DNA of 64,000 nucleotides from Planctomycetota bacterium (GTDB lineage: Bacteria > Planctomycetota > UBA1135 > UBA2386): positions 6,240,001 through 6,304,000 of the forward strand of contig OZ245838.1 in NCBI GenBank assembly GCA_965228735.1, read 5' to 3'. Shown here piece after piece: positions 1-8,214 of the stretch; position 1 is the first letter of the stretch, and every line of letters starts with the position of its first letter. A program made the translations under genes and the position numbers. The notes below the pieces were generated by a model, which was not told the origin of the DNA, made no database searches, and was given only the letters and a program-made list of their open reading frames with translations.

Positions 1-522
1 CACCTCGTAGCTGTAGTCGATCGTGAGCGTCGTCTTCTCGTCCGGCTGCAGCGACTGCGGCAGCGTGATATAGAGCAGCGTGCCGCGGGCGCGCGCTGCG
101 CGGCCGAGCTCGTCGCCGTCGAGCACGACGCTGCCGAGTTCGATCCCCGACGTCGTCTGGATCGTGCGCGTGCGCTGCATGCCCGGCTTCATCATGTTCT
201 GCCGCAGGTGCACGACGAGGCGGCGCAGCGCGTGCGGCGAACGGTTGTGGTAGGTCATCTTCGCCGTGGCCGTGACGATCTTGGCCTCGACGTCGAGCTC
301 CATCGCGATGTCGTAGTGCGCGTAGTTGGTCCAGTAGTTCGCGCCGGGCTTGCCGGTGAGCGTGCGGGTGCCGTTCTCGATCGCCTTCTGGTAGCCGGTC
401 GGCAGATCGATCGGGTACGGTTGGATGCGCGGGGCGCTGGCTTCGGTCTGCGCGGTGGTGACGGCCGTCAGGCCGAGGATCGAGGCGGTGGCGAGGGCGC
501 GGAGGGTCGGAACGGGCTTCAT
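1..522 (-). CDS. M1-family metallopeptidase (secreted), 5' part only; runs off the window start
   Basis: Not in the ORF track. Manual translation from ATG at 522: MKPVPTLRALATASILGLTAVTTAQ (signal peptide), then NGTRTLTGKPGANYWTNYAHYDIAMELD...MTYHNRSPHTL, typical of the bacterial M1 peptidase N-terminus. The HEXXH motif lies outside the window. Confidence 0.7.
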   Translation of the reverse strand, partial: MKPVPTLRALATASILGLTAVTTAQTEASAPRIQPYPIDLPTGYQKAIENGTRTLTGKPGANYWTNYAHYDIAMELDVEAKIVTATAKMTYHNRSPHALRRLVVHLRQNMMKPGMQRTRTIQTTSGIELGSVVLDGDELGRAARARGTLLYITLPQSLQPDEKTTLTIDYSYEV

Positions 523-621
523 GGGGGCGTGCGTTTGGACTGGCGTGTCCACCGTTTGGAGCCGGTCGGCAAGGCCCGTTCAAGCCTTGCCGGGCGGTGG
601 TGCCTTCGCGGTACAAGTCGG

Positions 622-719
622 GACCCGTACGGAACCAGGTTCATGCTGCCGGCCGCGAGCCACAGCTACCCGCGGGTGGCGTCCTGGCGGCCGGCAGCAT
701 GAACCTGGTTCCGTACGGG
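622..719. repeat. REP/REPIN-like inverted pair upstream of priA
   Basis: 624-656 CCCGTACGGAACCAGGTTCATGCTGCCGGCCGC is the perfect reverse complement of 687-719; 30-bp spacer. Confidence 0.9.
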
Positions 720-788
720 CTTCCCCCGCAACTGGTACGGGAGTGGTGGAAGTGGTCGGTGTCGTCCGGTACTTCCGATGTCTGCGTC

Positions 789-3056
789 ATGCCCGATCCC
801 GACCCCGATCCCGTGCCCGTGTCGGCAGACGCCGCGGAGGATCACGCACCGGCCTACGTGCAGGTCGCGCTGAACCTGCCGCTGCGGCGGGAGTTCACCT
901 ACGCGCTGCCGGCGGGGGTCACGGCGACGGTCGGCAATCGGGTGCGCGTGCACTTTCATGGCCGCAAGCTCGGCGGGATCGTGACCGCGACGGCGGCGAC
1001 GACCGATCTGCCGGCGAGCAAGGTCAAGTCGATCGAGTCCGTGCTCGACTCCGAGACGCAGCTGCCGCCAGCACTCCTCGAGCTCGGCAAGCGCATGGCG
1101 ACGACCTACGGTTGCTCGCTCGGCGAAGCGCTCGATGCGACGCTGCCGGCGGTGGCGAAGCGGCGTGGCGTCCGGCGCATCCCGCACGTCGAGCTCGCGG
1201 CCCCGCACGACCTCGCGCAGCGCGCCGTTCTCGAGCTCGAGGAGAAGTTCCAGGCGCAGTCGCGCGTGTTGCGCACGGTGCTCGAGTTCGGCGGGCCGAT
1301 GGCGGTCCTCGACGTCAAGCGCCGGACCAAGACGAGCGACAGCCCGTGGAAGACCCTGGTTCGGAACGGGATCCTGCGGAAGGTCATGCTGCAGGAAGAG
1401 CTCGAGGAACTGGTGCCGGCGGCCGACGAACGCGCCGAACGTCACGAGCTCAACGCGCACCAGACCGCCGCCGTGGAGCGTGTTCTCACCAAGGTGCACG
1501 CCGCCGAACACGCGACGTTCCTGCTGCACGGCGTCACGGGCAGCGGCAAGACCGAGGTCTACCTGCGCGTGCTCGAGGAGGTCCGCAAGCTCGAGAAGAG
1601 CGCGATCGTCCTCGTGCCCGAGATCTCGCTCACGCCGCAGACCGTCGGCCGCTTCGCGTCGCGCTTCTCCGACGTCGCCGTCCTGCACTCGGGCTTGACC
1701 GACGCCGAACGCGGCCGGCAGTGGCAACGCCTGCTGCGCGGCGAGGCACGGATCGCGATCGGCGCGCGTTCGGCGCTGTTCGCGCCCGTGCGCGACCTCG
1801 GCCTCATCGTGATCGACGAGGAGCACGAGACGTCGTTCAAGCAGGAGAGCACGCCGCGCTACCACGCGCGCGAGATGGCGATCGTCCGCGGCGAGATCGA
1901 GAACGCGGTCGTCGTGCTCGGCTCGGCGACGCCGACGCTCGAGTCCTACGGCAAGGCCAAGCGCGGGCTCTACGAGATGGTCACGCTGCCCGAACGCGCG
2001 GGTGCGGGGCGACCGCCGCGGATCGTCGTCCAGGACCTGCGCGGCGAACCCAAGGAGTCGCGTCGCGGTGGCGTCGTGTTGTCACGGACGCTCACCGTGA
2101 TGATGGAAGAGCGCCTCAAGGCGCGCGACCAGGTGTTGCTATTCCTCAACCGTCGCGGCTATTCGCCGGTGCTGCTCTGCCCGGGCTGCGGCGAGGCCGT
2201 GCAGTGCGAGGACTGCTCGGTGTCGATGACGTGGCACTCGCGGCGGGGGCGACTCGTCTGCCACTGGTGCTGTCACGAGAAGCGCCGCCCCGAGGTCTGC
2301 GAGACGTGCCAGCACGCCGGCATGCACGAGCTCGGCATCGGCACCGAGCGCCTCGAGGCCGCGGTGACCGCGCAGTTCCCCGAGGCGATCGTCGCGCGCA
2401 TGGACGCCGACACGATGGCCGAACGCGGCGCGCACGAACGCGTGCTCGGCTCGTTCCGCAAGCGCCACATCGACGTGCTCATCGGCACGCAGATGATCGC
2501 CAAGGGCCTCGACTTCCCCGACGTCACGCTCGTCGGCGTCGTGTCCGCGGACACGGGACTGTTCGTGCCGGACTATCGCGCCGCCGAGCGCACGTTCCAG
2601 CTGCTGCAGCAGGTCGCCGGCCGCGCAGGTCGCGGCGAAAAGGCCGGGACCGTGATCATCCAGACGCACTGCCCCGACAACTACGCGATCGAGGCCGTCG
2701 TCAAGAACGACTACGAGTCGTTCGTGCAGCAGGAGCTCGTGCACCGGAAGGCCGCCGGCTACCCGCCGTTCTGCCGGCTGATCCGGGTGTTCGCCGAGGC
2801 GTTCCGCGAGAGTGACGCGCAGCAGGTGCTGCAGAAGGCGACGGCGCCGCTGCGTTCGCTCGCCGGTGTCGAAGTGCTCGGCCCCGCGCCAGCGGTCGTC
2901 GCCAAGGTCAAGGATCGCTGGCGCTGGCACATGCTCGCGAAGTGCTTCGACCCGATCGCGTTCGCGGCGGCGATGAGCGAGGTCGGCACGATCGAGGACC
3001 TCGGGACGCGCAGCTGTCGCGTCACACTCGACGTCGATCCCGGCAGCCTCCTCTGA
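789..3056 (+). CDS. priA: Primosomal protein N' (replication restart helicase)
   Basis: Walker A HGVTGSGKTEVY, LVPEISLTPQ, DEEH, Cys-rich Zn region (CPGC...CEDC...CHWC...CETC), GTQMIAKGLDFPDV, QVAGRAGR, C-terminal LDVDP. Start set at ATG 789 because the ORF-track start at 597 reads through the REP element. Confidence 0.97.
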   Translation: MPDPDPDPVPVSADAAEDHAPAYVQVALNLPLRREFTYALPAGVTATVGNRVRVHFHGRKLGGIVTATAATTDLPASKVKSIESVLDSETQLPPALLELGKRMATTYGCSLGEALDATLPAVAKRRGVRRIPHVELAAPHDLAQRAVLELEEKFQAQSRVLRTVLEFGGPMAVLDVKRRTKTSDSPWKTLVRNGILRKVMLQEELEELVPAADERAERHELNAHQTAAVERVLTKVHAAEHATFLLHGVTGSGKTEVYLRVLEEVRKLEKSAIVLVPEISLTPQTVGRFASRFSDVAVLHSGLTDAERGRQWQRLLRGEARIAIGARSALFAPVRDLGLIVIDEEHETSFKQESTPRYHAREMAIVRGEIENAVVVLGSATPTLESYGKAKRGLYEMVTLPERAGAGRPPRIVVQDLRGEPKESRRGGVVLSRTLTVMMEERLKARDQVLLFLNRRGYSPVLLCPGCGEAVQCEDCSVSMTWHSRRGRLVCHWCCHEKRRPEVCETCQHAGMHELGIGTERLEAAVTAQFPEAIVARMDADTMAERGAHERVLGSFRKRHIDVLIGTQMIAKGLDFPDVTLVGVVSADTGLFVPDYRAAERTFQLLQQVAGRAGRGEKAGTVIIQTHCPDNYAIEAVVKNDYESFVQQELVHRKAAGYPPFCRLIRVFAEAFRESDAQQVLQKATAPLRSLAGVEVLGPAPAVVAKVKDRWRWHMLAKCFDPIAFAAAMSEVGTIEDLGTRSCRVTLDVDPGSLL

Positions 3057-3081
3057 GCTTCTTCGGAACGGAACCAAGCCA

Positions 3082-3286
3082 GACCCGTACGGAACCAGGT
3101 TCAGGCTGCCGGCCGCGAGCCAACCAGACCCGTACGGAACCAGGTTCAGGCTGCCGGCCGCGAGCCAGTTGCCGGTCGGTGGCGTCCGGGCGGCCGGCAG
3201 CCTGAACCTGGTTCCGTACGGGTCCGTGAGTTGCCTGCGGGTGGCGTCCCGGCGGCCGGCAGCATGAACCTGGTTCCGTACGGGTC
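3082..3286. repeat. REP/BIME-like cluster, four copies, downstream of priA
   Basis: Unit GACCCGTACGGAACCAGGTTCA(G/T)GCTGCCGGCCGC occurs forward at 3082-3116 and 3127-3161, and reverse at 3190-3224 and 3252-3286. Confidence 0.9.
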
Positions 3287-3418
3287 CGTGGTCGAGCCGC
3301 CCTTGTCATGGGACCGCGGGGCGCGCGCTGACGGTCGGCCGCGGGGCTGCCCCGGGGTTCGGCGGTTTCCGACGCCGAAGGGGCAGTTCGGCGTGGGGTA
3401 GGCTACAACCACCCCGCG

Positions 3419-6400
3419 ATGACGAGTAAGGACCCCTTCGACAAGACCCGGCGCATGCCCGACGGCGACGGCCAGAACGACAAGGGCCAGAACGACAAGG
3501 GCCAGAACGAGAAGGGCCAGAACGAGAAGGGCCAGATCGAGAATGGCCCGACGGCTGCCGACGACGGCATCGACCGGACCGTTCCGGCCGGCGAACGGCC
3601 GCAGCCGGCGCGCGAAGGCGACGGTGAGATCGACGCGACGGTGCCGTCGCGGCCGCAGCCGATCGAACCCGAGGCGACGATCCCGACCGGCGACCAGGGC
3701 AACGCGCCGCCGCCGGGCAGCGACACGATCGCCGATCCGGCCGCGCCGCGGAACGCGGGGGATCCGCTGATCGGAACGGAGCTCGGCGGTTGCAAGCTCG
3801 AGGCCCTGCTCGGTCGCGGCGCGATGGGCGCGGTCTACCGCGCGCGCCAGGTTCGCCTGAACCGCGAGGTCGCGGTCAAGGTCATGCGACCGGAGCTGCT
3901 GTCGGACAAGCGCATGCTCGAGCGCTTCGAGTCCGAAGCGCGCGTGGTGGCGCAGTTCCAGAGCCCGCACGTCGTCATGGTCCACGACGTCGGCTTCGAA
4001 CACGGCGTCCACTTCCTCGTGATGGAGCTCGTGCGCGGCAAGAACCTGCGCGAGTACACCCGGCTGCTCGCCGGCGGCCGATTGCCCGTGAGCGAAGCGC
4101 TGCCGCTGTTGCGGCAGGCGTGCAAGGGCCTCGAAGAAGCGCAGCGGCAGGGCATCATCCATCGCGACATCAAGCCCGACAACCTGATGCTGACCGAGCG
4201 CGGCGAGCTCAAGATCGCCGACTTCGGCATCGCCAAGCCGGAGAGCGACGATCTCGGGTTGACGATGACGCAGGAGCTCATCGGCACGCCGCTCTACATG
4301 AGCCCCGAACAGTGTCAGGGCGTGCGCGACATCGATTTCCGCAGCGACATGTACTCGCTCGGCGCGACGTTCTACTACCTGCTGACGGGTGAACCGCCCG
4401 TGCGGGCAAGTTCGGTCTACGAGCTGATCCAGACCAAGACGCGCATCGAGAACCTGTGCCTCTGGGAGGCGTTGCCGGAGCTCGACGAGGACCATCCGCT
4501 GTCGCGGGTCGTCGCGCGTATGACCGCGCTCGACCGCGAGGACCGCTACGACGACTACGAGGACCTCGCGAGCGACCTGCTGCTCGTGCAGCAGGGGCGC
4601 ACGATGGAGATCAAGCGCCCGCCGTCGCAGCGTCGTTCTGCCTCGCCGAAGGGCGGCACGAAGACGACCCGGATGCGCGCGGCGGAGCCTGCAGAACGCA
4701 AGGGCAGTGGCCTCGTGATCGCGCTCGTCGTGATCTTGCTGCTCGGCGGTGGTGGCGGCGGCTATTGGTTCTGGCAGCAGCAGCAGAAGTCGCAGCAAGA
4801 CGACGGCAACGAACGACAGGCTCAGAACGCTCAGAAGGCCACGGGTGATTCGACGGGCGACGGCACCGCGAGCGAAACGCCAGAACCGGTGGCGCCCGCG
4901 GTTGCCCTCGCGGGTTTCCGCGACTCGCTGCGGACGGACGGGCCATCGGTGGAGCTCAAGGCCGCGGTGGCAGACCTCGCAGCCGAGGGGGAAGACGCCG
5001 CGGCGCGCGACGCGCTCGTCGCGACGATCGACGAGGGCCTCGCGATCCAGGCTGCGCTCGCCGCGATCGAGGTGCCGGCGGCGCTCGCCCTGCCGTTCGA
5101 CGATCTCGAGGCGCATCTGCAGCGCGTCGATTCTGCGTTCGACCTCGCCGACGACGCCGATCCGGCGCTGCGCAGCTGGGCCGAGGGGGCGTTGGCCGCG
5201 AGCCGCGCCGAGGCCGAGCTCGCGAAGCTGACGGGCGCGGCGCTGACGAGCGCGTTCTCCGAATGGGGCAAGCGTCGCACCGCGGCCGGCAAGGACGCCG
5301 CCGAGCTCGCCAGGCTGGGACCGCAACTCGAAGCGATCCGCACGGCTCGCAGCCGCGCGCTCGGATTGCTGCCGGGTCAGGCCGACGCGATCGCATCGCG
5401 GCTTTCACGCGAGGCCATCGCGACAGCAGCGGCCGACCTGAAGCTGCCCGAGCCGAGCGTCGACATCGCCGCGCGGCTCGCAGAACTGCGGGCGGATTTC
5501 GACGAACGCGGCCCGCTCGATTCGATCCGGACCGACGTGCGCCAGCTCGAGCCCGTGGCCTCGGCCGACGTCGCGGCGCGCAGCGCGTTGCTCAACGCGA
5601 TCGGCGAGGCGTCGACGATGAAGGAGAACGCCGGCAACATCCTCGGCGCGTTCCCGAGTGACCCGAAGCTGCCGTTCAAGGACGACGTCGAGGCGTTCTT
5701 CGACAGGATCGACGTCGTGCTCAACCCGGCCGGCAAGCCGGTCGCCGAACTGCCCGCGTGGATCGGCCGCGAACGCAGCGCGCTCCGTCGCGTCGACACG
5801 CTGCGACCGAAGGTGGTCGCGGCGTGTGACCGCGCGTGGGGGCAGTGGCAACTCGCGCGCAAACAGCGCGGCGCCGATCCGGCGCGCCTCGAGATGCAGC
5901 TGACCGAGCTGCGCGACGGGCTCGAGCGGGCGCGGCGGCTGTTTCCGAAGGCGCAGCAGGAACTCGACGCGATCGTGAACGATCGCGGCATCGCGGAGGC
6001 GAGCGCCAGTCTCGCGGAAGCCAGTGCGCGCGCCGGGATGTTGACCGCCGTGACCGCGATCGCGACCGAGGTCAAGGGCATCGACTCGCTCACGGCCTGG
6101 CGCAGCGGCGGCGAAGCACTCGCCGGCCGCGTCGCCGACCTCGCCAACCAGCTCGAGGAGGCCGGTGCCGACGCGGCGGCGCAGCGCGAGCTCGGCAGCG
6201 CGCGCGATGCGCTCGCCGAATGGAGCGCGGCCGCGACGCGGATCCAGGTCGTCGCCGACCATCTCGGGGCCGGCGACCTCAGCGCCGCGCTCGCCGCGGT
6301 CGCGGACCGCTTCACGGGCACCGCCGGTCGCGCGGAGTTCGAGGCGTTCGCCGTCGCCACGAAGGGCTGCCGCGACGCGTTCCGCGGGCTGCTCGAAGAC

Positions 6401-7237
6401 CTCGACTGCCGCGCGGCGAGCCAGCGTCTGCGGGCCGTCGCCGAGGAGCTGCGGCGCGCGGGTGATCTCGCGGACGCCAGCGTCACGCGTGTCGAGGGGT
6501 GGGCCACGGCCGTCGACCGACTCGGGGCCGCCGCGACCGGCATGGTCGCGGTCGCGGCCGGTGAAACGCGCACCGCGGGTCGGTGCGAGGCGTTCTTCAT
6601 GGCGCCGACCGAGACGACGGCGGGCAAGTTCGAGGAGTTCCGTGCGGCGGCCGCGGCGCTCGCGGAGGGCGCCGGATCGGACCGAGAGAAGCAGCACGCG
6701 GCCCTCGCCGCGCGCCTCGGCGACGCGACGCCGCCGGCGGCCGAGCTGCGCGCCGTTCTGCGGCCGCTCGGTCGGCAGAGCGAGGAGATGCCCGTGCAGG
6801 GCGTCTCGCAGTACGGGGCCGCGGCCTGCGCGGCGTGGTTCGGCCTCGCGTTGCCGACGCACGCCGAATGGGCGCTCGCGGCCTTCGGCGACGGTCAACC
6901 GCACGACTACCCGTGGGGCGGCCGCGAGTATCGCCCGGTCAACCGATCGCTGATGGCCGCCGGCGACGGCGGCGAATCGTGGCGACCGGGCGGTGAGCCG
7001 CGTCATCTCGCGGGCAACGTCGCCGAGTGGCTCGCGCGCACGCCGGGCAGCGACGTCGGCGCGCTCGCCGGCGGGCGCTACAACGACGTGGCGGGCGACC
7101 AGCGGCGCCGCGCGGCCGGCGCGACTCACGACACCGCGCTGCAGAAGGGGCTGCCCGGCTTCGGCTTCCGCATGGTGCTGCGGCCGCGCGATCACCTCGC
7201 GCCGCAGTTCGCCGGCGGCCAATTCCCGAAGCTGTAG
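3419..7237 (+). CDS. Membrane Ser/Thr protein kinase with long helical ectodomain and C-terminal FGE-sulfatase (SUMF1)-like domain
   Basis: Kinase motifs LGRGAMGAVY, VAVK, HRDIKPDN, DFG, GTPLYMSPE; TM LVIALVVILLL; C-terminal LPTHAEW, YPWG, LAGNVAEW and GFRMV are FGE-like motifs. Confidence 0.9.
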   Translation: MTSKDPFDKTRRMPDGDGQNDKGQNDKGQNEKGQNEKGQIENGPTAADDGIDRTVPAGERPQPAREGDGEIDATVPSRPQPIEPEATIPTGDQGNAPPPGSDTIADPAAPRNAGDPLIGTELGGCKLEALLGRGAMGAVYRARQVRLNREVAVKVMRPELLSDKRMLERFESEARVVAQFQSPHVVMVHDVGFEHGVHFLVMELVRGKNLREYTRLLAGGRLPVSEALPLLRQACKGLEEAQRQGIIHRDIKPDNLMLTERGELKIADFGIAKPESDDLGLTMTQELIGTPLYMSPEQCQGVRDIDFRSDMYSLGATFYYLLTGEPPVRASSVYELIQTKTRIENLCLWEALPELDEDHPLSRVVARMTALDREDRYDDYEDLASDLLLVQQGRTMEIKRPPSQRRSASPKGGTKTTRMRAAEPAERKGSGLVIALVVILLLGGGGGGYWFWQQQQKSQQDDGNERQAQNAQKATGDSTGDGTASETPEPVAPAVALAGFRDSLRTDGPSVELKAAVADLAAEGEDAAARDALVATIDEGLAIQAALAAIEVPAALALPFDDLEAHLQRVDSAFDLADDADPALRSWAEGALAASRAEAELAKLTGAALTSAFSEWGKRRTAAGKDAAELARLGPQLEAIRTARSRALGLLPGQADAIASRLSREAIATAAADLKLPEPSVDIAARLAELRADFDERGPLDSIRTDVRQLEPVASADVAARSALLNAIGEASTMKENAGNILGAFPSDPKLPFKDDVEAFFDRIDVVLNPAGKPVAELPAWIGRERSALRRVDTLRPKVVAACDRAWGQWQLARKQRGADPARLEMQLTELRDGLERARRLFPKAQQELDAIVNDRGIAEASASLAEASARAGMLTAVTAIATEVKGIDSLTAWRSGGEALAGRVADLANQLEEAGADAAAQRELGSARDALAEWSAAATRIQVVADHLGAGDLSAALAAVADRFTGTAGRAEFEAFAVATKGCRDAFRGLLEDLDCRAASQRLRAVAEELRRAGDLADASVTRVEGWATAVDRLGAAATGMVAVAAGETRTAGRCEAFFMAPTETTAGKFEEFRAAAAALAEGAGSDREKQHAALAARLGDATPPAAELRAVLRPLGRQSEEMPVQGVSQYGAAACAAWFGLALPTHAEWALAAFGDGQPHDYPWGGREYRPVNRSLMAAGDGGESWRPGGEPRHLAGNVAEWLARTPGSDVGALAGGRYNDVAGDQRRRAAGATHDTALQKGLPGFGFRMVLRPRDHLAPQFAGGQFPKL
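3470..3544 (+). repeat. In-frame 15-bp tandem repeat x5 (GQNDK/GQNEK) in the kinase N-terminus
   Basis: GGCCAGAACGACAAG x2, GGCCAGAACGAGAAG x2, GGCCAGATCGAGAAT. Confidence 0.9.
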
Positions 7238-7318
7238 CTCCCGCAGCCGTAGCTTCGCGGCTGCGACTTCGTCGCTGGAGCGGGCGCGCTGCCAGTGGTG
7301 TGGCGTCCGCGCTCGAGC

Positions 7319-7789
7319 TCAGTACTTGCGTTCGAGGATGAACAGCACGTTCGGCGCGTCGGTCACGCGCAGACGTCGCGTGCCGGCGACGAACGTGGTC
7401 GCCTCGGTGGACTCGGTGCGCGACTTCGGCATCGCGTCGACCTCGCCGGTGCTCTCGTTCTTGCGGACCGCGGCGCAGATGATCGACACCTCGGGCGTCT
7501 CGAACGTGATGTCGATCGCGACCTGGTCGTCGCCCGCGACGTTCACGACCCGCTGGTTGGTCGCCGCGCCGTCCCAGTCGTCGCCGATGACGACGAGGCA
7601 GGGCACCGGCTTCTCGTCCGTGTCGATCGCGTCGATGTAGAACGTCTGCTTCGGTGCGCCCGCGCAGGCCGTGAGTAGCGCGAGGCCGGCCACGCTGGCC
7701 CAGCGGCCAGAACGCCGGGAGCGGCCAGAACGCCGGGAGCGGCCAGAACGTCGAGAGGGAAACGAGGGGGTGCTTGCCGTGGTGGTCAT
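7319..7789 (-). CDS. Hypothetical lipoprotein
   Basis: Basic n-region, hydrophobic stretch, lipobox LLTA-C; lies 1 bp downstream of the preceding lipoprotein gene. Confidence 0.65.
   Translation of the reverse strand: MTTTASTPSFPSRRSGRSRRSGRSRRSGRWASVAGLALLTACAGAPKQTFYIDAIDTDEKPVPCLVVIGDDWDGAATNQRVVNVAGDDQVAIDITFETPEVSIICAAVRKNESTGEVDAMPKSRTESTEATTFVAGTRRLRVTDAPNVLFILERKY
7703..7756. repeat. 18-bp tandem repeat x3 encoding (RRSGRS)n in a signal-peptide n-region
   Basis: GCGGCCAGAACGCCGGGA x2 plus GCGGCCAGAACGTCGAGA. Confidence 0.9.
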
Positions 7790-7790
7790 C

Positions 7791-8096
7791 TCAGCGCTCC
7801 TGCTCGAGGATCAGTTCGATCTGCTGGAACTCGCTGATGTGCTTGGCGAGTCGATCCGGCGTCCAGATTTCGAAGTGCGGCCGGCAGCCGTAGGCGGTCG
7901 CCTGCAGCACGGCACGTGGGTGCTTGCTGAAGTCGAAGTCGTAGACGCGCTTGCCCGTCCCCTGCTTCTTGCCGTTGATGTAGATCGACGTCTGCTTGGG
8001 GTCGACGACGATGCCGACCTTGGTCGTGGACGAACAGCCCGCGAGTGCGGTGCAGGTCGCGGCCAGGGCGAGAGTGAGGCGGGGGCGTTGCGGCAT
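7791..8096 (-). CDS. Small PEGA-like lipoprotein
   Basis: MPQRPRLTLALAATCTALAG-C lipobox; VDPKQTSIYINGKKQGTG matches the PEGA-like pattern. Start moved to ATG 8096. Confidence 0.65.
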   Translation of the reverse strand: MPQRPRLTLALAATCTALAGCSSTTKVGIVVDPKQTSIYINGKKQGTGKRVYDFDFSKHPRAVLQATAYGCRPHFEIWTPDRLAKHISEFQQIELILEQER

Positions 8097-8214
8097 GACT
8101 GGTCTCAAGGAGGGGCCGCGACGATAGGTGCCGCGGATCGCGATTTCCAACTCTGGGGTCCGCTATGCTCCCGGCCTACCTCCGCCTGCCGTGACCCACT
8201 TCGTTCCCTCTGCG

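Noticed and set aside
3082..3286. CRISPR array
   Set aside because: Copies occur in both orientations, spacers are short or mutually similar, and there are no cas genes; a REP/BIME-type element fits better.
622..3286. priA carried on a composite transposon bounded by the repeats
   Set aside because: No transposase or target-site duplication was seen; priA is a core gene with ordinary composition.
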